From Candidatus Latescibacterota bacterium (GTDB taxonomy: Bacteria > Latescibacterota > CBDEFO01): 64,000 nucleotides of DNA. The notes under the pieces are model-generated. The model worked only from the letters and a program-made list of their open reading frames with translations. It searched no databases and was not told the origin of the DNA. The translations under genes and the position numbers were made by a program. Location: positions 64,001 to 128,000 of the forward strand of contig CBDEFO010000006.1 of NCBI GenBank assembly GCA_965237525.1, in the 5' to 3' direction. Positions 49,650-59,907 of the stretch are shown in pieces. Positions within the stretch are counted from its first letter, which is position 1. Each line of letters begins with the position of its first letter.

Positions 49650-50583
49650 CGTATTCCTGTCAGAAAGCGATTTGAGCATTTCCCGCTCCCAAATCAAGAA
49701 ACTGATCAAAGACGGATCTGTTGAGGTAAATAACGCTCAGATCAAAAAGCCCAGCTGGGCTGTACAACCCGAAGACATAATATCAGTTGAGATCCCAGAT
49801 CCCACAGCCTACAATCTGACTCCAGAGGCAATCCCTCTGGATATTTTGTTTGAGGACGAAGACCTCGTAGTAGTCAACAAACCGGCAGGGATGATCACAC
49901 ACCCTGCTTCAGGTTTCTACACCGGCACTCTGGTCAACGCCCTTTTATACCACTGCCGAGACCTGTCAGGCATAAATGGCGTGCTGCGGCCCGGAATCGT
50001 CCACCGGCTGGACAAGGACACATCAGGTCTTTTGATGGTGGCAAAGAACGACCGCGCCCACATCTGCATTTCAGAACAGCTTAAAGAAAGATCCATCACG
50101 AGGAAATACAGGGCATTTGTGTGGGGAAAGATAAGCTCCTATCAGTCAAATAGGATCGAAGCTCCCATAGGTCGTCACAGGAAAGAGCGGACGAGAATGT
50201 CTGTGATGGGGGCAGATTCCTCCAAATACGCAGCCACAAGGTTCCATATCGAAAATGAGTTCGATTTTATTTCCTTAGTCACCGCAGAGCTTGAAACGGG
50301 AAGGACGCATCAAATAAGAGTCCACTTTTCCTTTATAGGTCACCCCATATTTGGAGACCCTCTCTATGGTGGCAGAGAGAAAAAGGTAAAGGGGATCGCC
50401 TCCAAATTTCAACTTGACGCCCGAAGGTTGCTCAAGTTAATGCCTCGTCAAGCCCTCCACGCACAGACTTTAGGATTTGTCCACCCAAGGACAAAGAGGC
50501 AGCTTTCTTTCTCGTCGGATATGCCTGAGGATATGAGGGCACTGCAGAAGACAATAGAGAGCAGCCCCCATAGGTTCAATTAG
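49591..50583 (+). CDS. rluD: RluD-family 23S rRNA pseudouridine synthase
   Basis: S4 domain, VVNKPAG, HRLDKDTSG, TGRTHQIRVH, QALHA. Confidence 0.93.
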   Translation: MGKKTELQVSKNQCRGIRLDVFLSESDLSISRSQIKKLIKDGSVEVNNAQIKKPSWAVQPEDIISVEIPDPTAYNLTPEAIPLDILFEDEDLVVVNKPAGMITHPASGFYTGTLVNALLYHCRDLSGINGVLRPGIVHRLDKDTSGLLMVAKNDRAHICISEQLKERSITRKYRAFVWGKISSYQSNRIEAPIGRHRKERTRMSVMGADSSKYAATRFHIENEFDFISLVTAELETGRTHQIRVHFSFIGHPIFGDPLYGGREKKVKGIASKFQLDARRLLKLMPRQALHAQTLGFVHPRTKRQLSFSSDMPEDMRALQKTIESSPHRFN

Positions 50584-50874
50584 AGATAGACTCAATCGGA
50601 GGTGGACAGGGCAGCACCTCCCATAGCCGAATGTAGGGCTGCGTTATCCATCCCCTACATCTTGTTACCCTGTCAGTTAAGTGTTTTCCCTGCTGTTTCG
50701 TGTTGTTCCCTAACTCTTTATTTATTTAGGCTAACAACCCTTCATCTTTTATGGTGTTTCTTGGCTTTTCACGGTGTTTTTGCTTGTTCCAGTAGAAAAA
50801 CAGTAGAAGTTTGTTAGAAAAGTAAAGGTAAAATTTCCCAGGACTATTCAGTGATCTCAGAAGTGTTGGTTGGG

Positions 50875-51054
50875 TAGGAGCGAAGCAACGTATCATGGCC
50901 AATTAGGGCTCGCTCACCCCCGGATTGAGAACTGTAAAGTCTGTGGCAACATCCAATCCTCTATTGACATCCACTATCTTGTTTTGTATCTTCCCACCTA
51001 ATTGATCTACCCATTTGTATCTTTTCTCCTGATAGATCGACACTAACGATTACG
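50875..51054 (+). promoter_or_regulatory. Conserved ~180-bp promoter/leader block, copy 1
   Basis: Similar to 58217-58395; TTGACA (50964), 17 bp spacer, TATCTT. Confidence 0.65.
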
Positions 51055-51286
51055 AATACCAACGCCAAGATAGAGTTAAGTAATGGAATGAAATACAAGT
51101 TGGAGAAGCAAGTAGATGAAAAATGAGGTGAAAACAAAGCAATGTTGGTCTTTCACCCAAAGGGATGTATATCTGAGCTTCGGATATCACACTGAAATGT
51201 AAAGATATGAGAAATAGCTCGAATATAAACAAGTTAGCCGAAATTTCCCATAGAATGTGCTTGTCAATGATTCAGAAGGAGCAGCT

Positions 51287-52486
51287 ATGACCGCCAGCGA
51301 TTGCCTCGTGTTAAAGGTTGGATTTATCGGTCTCGGCACTATCAGCAATGAAAATGTTTTGGGCTATCTCGATTCTGAAGATGCTGAAATTGTGGCCACA
51401 TGCGATCTTGATGAAGATCTTGTCAGACAATGGTTGAAAAAATGGAAGTGGCCGCAGGCAAGATTTTATAAAAACTATCAGGATATGCTGACCAAAGAGG
51501 ACCTCGATATCGTAGAGATCCTGACTCCGCATCATTTACACTGTTCACAGACAATGACCTGCGCCAAAGCAAAAGTAAAAGGCATCAGCCTACAAAAACC
51601 AATGGGGGTGAATCTTCGGGAGTGTGATCAGATTATAGAGGCGTGCAAAAAGAATAACATCAAGCTAAGAGTGTATGAGAATTTTATCTTTTACCCCGTT
51701 TATCTAAAGGCTAAAGAACTCATCGACCAGGGGTTAATCGGGGAGTTGATCTCGATCAGAGTGAATACCATGGCCGGAATTAGGGCAGGCGCCCCTTGGC
51801 CTTGGTGTTGGACTCCAACAAGTTGGAGAGCAGGCCTGAAACGGTCTGGCGTTGGGCCTTTGGTGGGAGACGATGGGTATCACAAGTTCTCCCTGGCCCG
51901 TTGGTTTATGGGCAGGGATTTTGAGAAGGTCAGCGCCTGGATCGACTCAGAAACACCGCTGGACGCCCCGGCTTTTATCCGGGCCAAATTTAAACGCCTG
52001 CCGGGAGATGGTCCAAAATATGCCCAAATCGATTTTTCATTCTCGACCCGGATGGCCCTCCCGTCTGATTTTTGGCTTGATGATTTTGTCGAGATTGTTG
52101 GCGAGAAGGGCATCATGTGGATCAATCAATGCTCGGCTGGCGGCAATCGCGAGTTCTTTAAAGCGTGTGAAATGTCAAAAAGTCCGCTCTTTCCGCCGAT
52201 TGCCGTCTTCGTTGATGGCAAGGTGACAACCTATTTAGAGGATATCTCGCCAGAGGAGCGTAATTGGTCAACCTCCTTTATCGGTTGCACCCAACATTTT
52301 ATCAAAGTGATGAAAGAAGGCGGACAACCTATTTACACCGGTGAAGAGGGCAGAGAAATCACCCGGTATACCATCGCCGCTTATGTTTCGGCCCAGGAAA
52401 ACCGGGATGTTTACCTTGATGAGATCACTACGGAGGCCGAAGAGAAAAAGATTTTTGAAATAAAAACCAATTTTTGCAATTTATGA
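51287..52486 (+). CDS. Gfo/Idh/MocA oxidoreductase
   Basis: VGFIGLGTIS, TPHHLH, LQKPM, DDGYH. Confidence 0.9.
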   Translation: MTASDCLVLKVGFIGLGTISNENVLGYLDSEDAEIVATCDLDEDLVRQWLKKWKWPQARFYKNYQDMLTKEDLDIVEILTPHHLHCSQTMTCAKAKVKGISLQKPMGVNLRECDQIIEACKKNNIKLRVYENFIFYPVYLKAKELIDQGLIGELISIRVNTMAGIRAGAPWPWCWTPTSWRAGLKRSGVGPLVGDDGYHKFSLARWFMGRDFEKVSAWIDSETPLDAPAFIRAKFKRLPGDGPKYAQIDFSFSTRMALPSDFWLDDFVEIVGEKGIMWINQCSAGGNREFFKACEMSKSPLFPPIAVFVDGKVTTYLEDISPEERNWSTSFIGCTQHFIKVMKEGGQPIYTGEEGREITRYTIAAYVSAQENRDVYLDEITTEAEEKKIFEIKTNFCNL

Positions 52487-52645
52487 GGGGATGGTTCAGG
52501 ATCAGGGTGACACTTTTACACAAACGCCTTGAGGAGAATATGACGTGATACGTGATGACCAATTGACGCATAAATTATTACGTTTCACGCAATGCATTTT
52601 GGGATTATTTTAGGACTGTGGAGCTTTTTTACGAGGAGGTAACTA

Positions 52646-53539
52646 ATGATGAAGGCTACAACTCAGTTACAAAACATGATCGACAACGGTGAATTTGTCG
52701 TTGCCATTGGGGCGCACGACGGGCTGTCAGCGCTCCTGGTTGAACAAGCAGGTTTTAACGCCATCTATATTGGGAGCTACGCGACCGAGGCCACCTTGCT
52801 TGGCAAGCCAGATTTGGCGCTGATGCCCAAGACAGAAAGGTTGATGATTGCCCGGAATATTGTCAAAGCGGTTAACATACCGGTGATTGCTGACATGGAA
52901 GAGGGTTATGGCAATGCTATCAGTGTGATGGATGCTGTGCGAGACTTTGAGGCGGTTGGCCTGGCTGGCGTCCACATTGACGACGAAGCAATTCCCTGTA
53001 AATGCCCTTTCTTACCCGGTATTCCCCGCAACGAGCTCATCACTGTGGATGAGATGTGCGGCAAAGTCAGGGCGGCCATAGATGCGCGGGAAGATCCCAA
53101 CTTTAAGATCATTGTCCGGTCGGACGTCATTGGCACGGTTCCCCTGGAGGATTACTATCGGGAACAGATGATCGAAGCAGTCGTCGAACGGAGTAATGCC
53201 TACGCCGAGGCTGGGGCCGATGCGATCTTTGTCATGGCCCTGAATGTCGAGGAAATCAACTATTTTAAGGAGCGGATCAAGGCACCCCTGGTGGGCATCT
53301 TTGCCACGATCGAACCGATTGCCATTAAGGAATTCGAAAAGGCAGGCTATCAGATGGTTATTGGTTCCCTGGTCTCGCTCTACATGGCGGCCCGGGGGTT
53401 GGTGGATGGCCTGAAAGCCCTCAAAGAAACCGGCGATTGGAATACCGTCCAGGATAAAATGATCGACGATGAGGAGTTCTTCAATATTGTCGGCCTCCAG
53501 GAATACGGGCCGCTGTACGAACGATACAACATCCGTTGA
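52646..53539 (+). CDS. Isocitrate lyase/PEP mutase superfamily enzyme
   Basis: GAHDGLSA, PVIADMEEGYG, HIDD, AYAEAGADAIF. Confidence 0.88.
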   Translation: MMKATTQLQNMIDNGEFVVAIGAHDGLSALLVEQAGFNAIYIGSYATEATLLGKPDLALMPKTERLMIARNIVKAVNIPVIADMEEGYGNAISVMDAVRDFEAVGLAGVHIDDEAIPCKCPFLPGIPRNELITVDEMCGKVRAAIDAREDPNFKIIVRSDVIGTVPLEDYYREQMIEAVVERSNAYAEAGADAIFVMALNVEEINYFKERIKAPLVGIFATIEPIAIKEFEKAGYQMVIGSLVSLYMAARGLVDGLKALKETGDWNTVQDKMIDDEEFFNIVGLQEYGPLYERYNIR

Positions 53540-53660
53540 GCAACGTTAAGACCGAATATCAGTCATCAGTGAACAGTGAGCAGTATTCAGTCATCACTGC
53601 TCAGTGGTGACTGAGTTGTCAGCAGATTTCTGGCATACATATTAAGGGAGGAGGATAGCT

Positions 53661-54809
53661 ATGATTCCTTTTGACCAAAACAAGCTAAACACCCTGATGG
53701 ATGAGACAGGGATAGACTTACTTTTAGCGACCACCCGGCACAACATTCGTTATTTGACCGGTGGTTACTACAATTATTACCACGCCAAGATGGAGCGCAT
53801 GGCGGCCACCCGTTACCTGGCCGTGCTTGGTATTCCCAAGGGCCGCCTGGACGAGGCATTTTTTATCAGTGGGCGCAAAGAGATTGAGTCCGTACAGGGG
53901 CACAAGATGTGGATCTCTGACCATCATCTAACCGGCCCAGCGCGCAGTCCGCACTTTCAAAACAACCTGAAGGCCAGCCAGGCCGCGGTGGAGTTGGCCC
54001 GCAAAATGGGATTTGCCGCCGCACGTATCGGCGTCGAGTTGCCATTTCTCCCGGCCGATGCATACACAATATTGCACAGCGAACTGCCTCAGGCAACATT
54101 CATCGACGCCAGCCCCCTCCTCGGCGAACTGCGGGCGGTTAAGTCCGACGCTGAATTGGAACTTATCCGCGGCAACGCCGAAGGGACGGCGGCGGCCATC
54201 CAAGCTACCGTTGCCTCAGGCGCAGCCGGGGTGACCACGACCGAATTGGCGAGACAACTGCAAACCGAACTGAGCCACCGCGGCCTTGAAATGCAATGGA
54301 TTTTGATTGCAATGGGCCCAGATGGAATCGAACGTAAATGGCCATCTGAGCGGGCCTGGCAACCCAATGAAGTGCTACGCCTCGACTCGGGCGGTGGCCT
54401 CAATGACTACCTGGTAGACCTGTGCCGGATGGGCTGCCTGGGGGAATCCTCCAAACTAGCCCGCGAACTCCACGAAAATTGTCTTCTGCTCAGCGACACC
54501 CTCATCCAGGCGATCAAGCCGGGTATGATCTGTGGGGAGCTTTATACGTTGGGGCAGCATACCTTGGCCCAGATGTCATTTGCCGAGTTTGGTCATCAAC
54601 TGACGCATGGCATCGGCTTGGTGACTCACGAGCCGCCAACGATTGCCGCCAACAGCGATCGAGGCCTCGAAGAGGGTATGGTGATGTCGATAGAATCACA
54701 GTTTCAGCATCCAGAGGTCGGCGATGTCAAGATCGAAGATATGGTGATGGTCACCGCAACTGGATGTGAGCCACTGGGGCATAGCGGGCGTGAGTGGCAA
54801 ATCGTTTGA
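53661..54809 (+). CDS. M24 (Xaa-Pro peptidase/creatinase-like) hydrolase
   Basis: RAVKSDAEL, D.GG....Y..D..R, HGIGL.THEPP, IESQ, KIED. Confidence 0.88.
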   Translation: MIPFDQNKLNTLMDETGIDLLLATTRHNIRYLTGGYYNYYHAKMERMAATRYLAVLGIPKGRLDEAFFISGRKEIESVQGHKMWISDHHLTGPARSPHFQNNLKASQAAVELARKMGFAAARIGVELPFLPADAYTILHSELPQATFIDASPLLGELRAVKSDAELELIRGNAEGTAAAIQATVASGAAGVTTTELARQLQTELSHRGLEMQWILIAMGPDGIERKWPSERAWQPNEVLRLDSGGGLNDYLVDLCRMGCLGESSKLARELHENCLLLSDTLIQAIKPGMICGELYTLGQHTLAQMSFAEFGHQLTHGIGLVTHEPPTIAANSDRGLEEGMVMSIESQFQHPEVGDVKIEDMVMVTATGCEPLGHSGREWQIV

Positions 54810-55283
54810 TTTATGAAGGTTAATTAAATAACTCAAGTTGCCACCTGTAATCCACAATGGGGAGTAAGAAGTAGGGATTAGGCCCTTAAGGGCCAGACAT
54901 CGACAAAAAATTGTCGATAATAATTAATTGGTGAATTGACGAATGGTTGAATTGTTAACGGCTTCAACACGCCTTATTAATCATTCACCAATTCACCAAT
55001 TCACCAATTCAACCATTAATTATTCTTTTTCCAGCATCGTCTGGAAAAAGACTTAGGAACTTACCCATTGAATCCTTGCCCATTGAGCAAGAAGTCGGTG
55101 AACGTGACAAGATGAGGGGATGAAGCTCATCCCCTCATCCTCCCCTTTTGGTTCTGGCTCGTCCAGGTTAGGGATTAGGGAGAACCCCCCCTACTTCCGG
55201 CATATGTGGTCAGGAATGGTTGATTTTTTGGCTATTTATTTGGCAAGGTAGTAACTTGGGTTAAATAATAAGGATGGTGAGTC

Positions 55284-55691
55284 ATGAATGCAAGCCTCTG
55301 GAATATAGGTATGAAAGTTGAAGATATGGATCAGGAAATCGACTTTCTGGAAAAACTTGGGGCCAGACTTTTATTACACGAAACCCTTCCAAGACCCGAC
55401 GGGGATGCTGAATACGCGTTCCTGGATTTGGGCGGGACTCGTCTGTTCCTGACGCCAAAGCCGATCTATGAAGACAAACTCAGCTATCAACTGCTGTCCG
55501 GGTTAACGCATGCGGTCTTCGAGGTTGATGACCTCGATAGCGAGTACAAACGGATCAAAGCCTTGGGCACGGAAGTGCTCATCGAGCCGGTCGAGATCAG
55601 CGCCGGGTTCGGATCGCGTCGCATTTCCTTCTTTCGCTCGCCCAACGGCCTTATCTTCGAAGTGATGCAAATTCTGGAATCGAAGATGTAG
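55284..55691 (+). CDS. VOC/glyoxalase family protein
   Basis: HAVFEVDDLD, FFRSPNGLIFEV. Confidence 0.85.
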   Translation: MNASLWNIGMKVEDMDQEIDFLEKLGARLLLHETLPRPDGDAEYAFLDLGGTRLFLTPKPIYEDKLSYQLLSGLTHAVFEVDDLDSEYKRIKALGTEVLIEPVEISAGFGSRRISFFRSPNGLIFEVMQILESKM

Positions 55692-55715
55692 TTCTTATAT
55701 AAAGGAAAGATTGAT

Positions 55716-56807
55716 ATGAGTCAGACTGTTCAAGCGGCTGTCATGATGCATCCAGGTAAGATCGAGATCCAGGCGTTTCCTTATCCGAAGTTAGAGAGGA
55801 TGGGGCCTTGCTTCTCAAAGTCGAAATGTGTGGCATCTGTGGCACAGACAAGCACACCTGGCGGGGCGAGACGAAGCAGTACGCCGGCACCGAAGCCGAA
55901 TCCGACACCCCCTTCCCCATCATCCCCGGCCACGAAGTGATTGGGACCGTCGCTGAAATTAATGATCGCAACCGCCCCCGCCTGGATTTCAACGGTGAAC
56001 GCTTGCGGGTGGGGGATCGGGTGGCCTTATGCCCGGACGTGATCTGTGGTGAATGTTACGATTGCCGGCATACTTTTGCTTTCCCCTGGTGCGAGAACTT
56101 GCGCGGCTATGGCAATGCCTTTACCGCAACCGAACCCCCTCACTTGTTCGGCGGGTGGGCAGAATATATGTACATTTTGCCGAATGCCTTTTTGTACAAA
56201 GTCCCCGAAAATCTACCGCTGCGAGTCGCCGTCATGGTGGAGTTGATGGCCGTTAGCTATAACCTGGATAAGACAAAGGAATTCTTCACCCTCTCAGGCG
56301 AAGGATTCGCCACGGATAGTACGGTTGTCATCCAGGGCGTCGGACCTTTCGGATTACCGCTTGGCTCTGGCCAAAGAGTTTGGCGTTGATCACATCCTCA
56401 ACATAGCCCAAACAAGCGAAGATGAGCGAGTCGAGTTTGTCCGATCACTCACCCGTGGCCGGGGGGCAGATATTGTTGTAGAGTGTGCCGGTGTGGCCGA
56501 AGCGGTGCCGGAAGGGTTGGAGATGCTGCGTAAGGGGGGTATTTACATCGAGGCCGGTAATTTTGTCGAGACGGGCGAGGTGTCACTAAGTCCACACCGT
56601 CACTTTTGTGCGAAAAATATTCGCCTGATCGGCATGACCAATCACCCCTTCACCGGCTACACCCCCAGCCTGGAGTTGATGCAAAGGCAGGCTAATCTTT
56701 TCCCATTTGAGAAGTTTGTGACGCACGAATATCCCTTGGCTCAGACTGAACAGGCCATGCTCAAATCGCTGGAACCGGACTGTATGAAAGTGGTCGTTGT
56801 GCCCTAG
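55716..56807 (+). pseudogene. Zinc-binding alcohol dehydrogenase with a frameshift and an internal deletion
   Basis: GICGTD, GHE, CGECYDC...C; split over three ORF pieces (55716-, 55808-, 56325-). Confidence 0.8.
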
Positions 56808-56833
56808 AAGATGTAAACGAGGAGTAAAGATAC

Positions 56834-57433
56834 ATGCTAACAAGGAATCTGGACCTAAAGAAGCGATTACGGGCCGGTGAGATGACCTTTGGCGCCTGGA
56901 TATCCTTCTCAGATCCGGCGATTGCCGAGATAATGGCCGGGATGGGCTTGGACTGGCTATTGATTGATGCCGAACATAACCCATTTACTTTAGAGAGCCT
57001 GTTCCACGTTCTCCTGGCCTTCAAGGGTCAGCCCACCGTACCGATTGTTCGCATCCCGTGGAATGACCCCATCATCATCAAGCAAGCCCTTGATCTGGGT
57101 GTAGGTGGTATCCTCATCCCCCACGTCTCCTCGGTCGAGGAAGCCAAACAGGGGGTGGCTGCTTGCAAGTATCCCCCGGAGGGCCGGCGCGGTTTTGGGC
57201 CACGGCGAGCCTCTGACTATTATCGTCAGACTGAAGCATACGTTCGCGTGGCGAATGAAGCGGTGGTCATTGTGATCCAAATTGAGCATATTGATGGGGT
57301 CAAGGCCGCCAGGCAGATTCTGGAGGTACCGGGTATTGACGTTGTCATGCTAGGTCCGATGGATCTGTCAGGCTCACTCGGCCTGTTGGGCCAGTTGGAT
57401 CACCCTCAAGTCGGCCAGGCGATAGAGCAGGTC
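56834..57433 (+). pseudogene. HpcH/HpaI aldolase, 3'-truncated
   Basis: DWLLIDAEH, ALDLG, YPPEGRRG, QIEH, GPMDLS. Homology stops at GQAIEQV, after which the ORF reads antisense of the next gene. Confidence 0.78.
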
Positions 57434-57997
57434 GGGGGCCGGGGTGACTTTCCAGATACCGTCTTTCAGCTCTGCGTCCTTCACCTGCAGATACGGATCC
57501 TTGTTGTCGGCGTTGGGAGTCCGGGCTCGAGTGGCTCGCTTGCCATCAACAAACAGTTGGCGAAAGTACCATTTCTGCGCCCTAACTTGTGGCAGTTCGA
57601 CGGCCCATATCTTGCCAGGCCCCTGTTTCCAGCCGGTGATTCTTCTTCCCCCGCTGATGATCGGTTTCTCACCAGGATAGGCCACATAGGTGATCGAGAA
57701 TTTGTAAGTCCCCGAATCTACCGGTCCCAGAACTAGCGGTTCTTTCATTTCATAAGTGCCACCTCGAAGATACACAACAATGTTGGCCGTCTGCCCTCTC
57801 TTAGTCCATTCTCTGACTGCGTCCCGAGCTCTAGTGAGGCCGGCGAATGGCTTCTGCTTGGTGCCGGGATTGTTGTCATGACCGGTCGGTGAAACATAGA
57901 ACTCCACCGGAGTTTCAGCCCTAAGGTCTCCAGCTTGCAATAAAATGGCCATCAATAGCACAGCTGCAAACACCATTATTGCGGATAACTGTTTCAT
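57434..57997 (-). pseudogene. Secreted beta-helix (pectin-lyase-like) protein, N-terminal fragment only
   Basis: Signal peptide; FYVSPTGHDNNPGT..KPF; VYLRGGTY; AYPGEKPIISGG; RQLFVDGKRA.RARTPN. Confidence 0.75.
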
Positions 57998-58216
57998 CTG
58001 AGCTCCTTTACATAACTGAAATTTAGCGGACAAGCCGCCGTCGAAGCGGTCCCATATGACCCTTGAATACCCAACCTGTCAACACAACCTGCCGAAGTAT
58101 AGTCTTATCCAACGGATGTTGTCTCCGTATACCTAACATAAGATCAGAGCAACAACAAGTCAACCCGAACTGCAAAATATCAGAGCCATTCAGCTTTTTC
58201 AGACGTTCCGGTCGAA

Positions 58217-58395
58217 TAGGAGCGAAGCAACGTATCAAGACCAAGCAGGGCTCGCTCACAACCGGGCAGAGAACTGAATGCCCCTGCGAGAACGTCCAAT
58301 TCCTATTGACATCCGCTATCTTATTTCGTATCTTCCCTCCTAATTGATCTACCTATTTGTATCTTTCTCCCGATTGATCGACACTGACGATTACG
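58217..58395 (+). promoter_or_regulatory. Conserved ~180-bp promoter/leader block, copy 2
   Basis: TTGACA (58306), 17 bp spacer, TATCTT; homologous to 50875-51054. Confidence 0.65.
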
Positions 58396-58531
58396 CAAAA
58401 TTGTAGAGACTGTGACAGAAGTTGCGTGGAATATCTCTGGCAAGGCAACTTTTGTTGAAATTGTCCTTTTGCTTAGAATGTAACCTTTGACTACCGCGTA
58501 AAGAGAAAACCATCGAAAGGAGAAGAGAGAG

Positions 58532-59734
58532 ATGAATGACTCACCACAGCAGCCCTTTCAGGACTTCATTGCCATCCGAAACCCGCGCCAGCTAACGGCG
58601 GCAAAGCTACAAGCCGAACGGGTTCCGGTGGGCCAAAAGCTTGAGAACAAGCCCAACATCGCATACCTGGGTGGAAATGAGTTACTGCTATTGTGCTACA
58701 AGTTCGATTTCGAAGAAGGGCTACCCACCTATCTGTATCGTTCGCACGACGGCGGTCGGACCTGGGAGGGAGGGCGTAACACCACCAGCCTGCCGGACGG
58801 CGGTGAGCCCTATTTGTCGCAAATGCGAGACGGCACGCTGTTGGTAACGGGAGGCCCGTGGGGGTACCGTTCGGAGGACAATGGGCACACCTGGTCCCAA
58901 TACCAGTTGCCTCCGGAATTTGCCACCAGGGTCAGGGGGAACAACTCGCGAAATATACTGCAGTTGGAAGACGGTTCGTTGCTGCAGATCGTGGATATAC
59001 CTAAAGACGATCCGCCTCTTCGCCATTCTCAATACGGGGACGAACACGTCGCCCGGAGCTTCGATGGGGGTCGGACGTGGCCGGACTGCTACACGATGGA
59101 AGTAGAAGGGGTACCGGAAGGCTATCCCTGGTCCATATTTGGAGAGGTAGTGCTCTGGCAGGCGCGTTCCGGGAAGATTTACGGCATAGCCAGGGTTGAT
59201 CATCGGTTCTGTCCCCTTCCGAGGCGCGAGCTGACCCCCCAGGAACTCGGCAACGCTGCCATCACCATGCTTCACTACAGTGAGCCCCCTGCTCAGAGTA
59301 TTGCCGAACTGGACTTTGACCAGTTCCATAGAATGAAAGCTTTCTTCTCCACCGACGAAGGCCACACGTGGCAGGCCGGTGAGGATTTGGGAGACTATGG
59401 CCGCATGTTTCATTCCATTCTGCGGTTGAGGGATGGGCGGTTGCTGTTTACTTATACTCAGCGCTCGATCGATCCTCCGCTCGGCGTCCGTGCGGTACTG
59501 GGCCGTGAAACCGAAGACGGCTTTGAATTCGATTTCGAGCACGACGTTTTCATGATTGACACCAGAACTCCCATCGGCCGCTCCTCGGGACATGGTTTCG
59601 GCAACACTGTCGAACTCGACGACGGTACACTTGTAACCAGCTATTCCTATTGGCGACCTGACGTCGTACCGTCGGACCCGCCGATACCGCCCAAACTCTT
59701 CAATTGTGAAGTGGTTCGCTGGCGTTTGCCGTAA
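58532..59734 (+). CDS. BNR/Asp-box (sialidase-like) beta-propeller, paralog 1
   Basis: SHDGGRTW, SEDNGHTW, SFDGGRTW, STDEGHTW; no signal peptide. Confidence 0.85.
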   Translation: MNDSPQQPFQDFIAIRNPRQLTAAKLQAERVPVGQKLENKPNIAYLGGNELLLLCYKFDFEEGLPTYLYRSHDGGRTWEGGRNTTSLPDGGEPYLSQMRDGTLLVTGGPWGYRSEDNGHTWSQYQLPPEFATRVRGNNSRNILQLEDGSLLQIVDIPKDDPPLRHSQYGDEHVARSFDGGRTWPDCYTMEVEGVPEGYPWSIFGEVVLWQARSGKIYGIARVDHRFCPLPRRELTPQELGNAAITMLHYSEPPAQSIAELDFDQFHRMKAFFSTDEGHTWQAGEDLGDYGRMFHSILRLRDGRLLFTYTQRSIDPPLGVRAVLGRETEDGFEFDFEHDVFMIDTRTPIGRSSGHGFGNTVELDDGTLVTSYSYWRPDVVPSDPPIPPKLFNCEVVRWRLP

Positions 59735-59907
59735 GAGTAGGCCGGGATGCTGCGCAACACCCGATTCTGTTGGTGGAGGTATATCTCACCATGACCTGTG
59801 GGGATTCGTTGCCAGACCGCCGTTACGCCAGAGCATCCGCAGTCCTCTTGGAGAGGATGAGAGCAAGATTAGTGTGATAACCCTACCATCGAAAGGAGAA
59901 AACGGAG

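Noticed and set aside
55110..55175. Hairpin plus TTTTGGTTCTGGCTCGTCCAGGTTAGG as a MITE or IS end
   Set aside because: No partner inverted repeat or second copy was found in the window.
58721..59593. Long antisense ORFs (also 716-1270, 24362-24928, 41224-41853)
   Set aside because: Shadow frames of well-supported genes, with no recognisable motifs.
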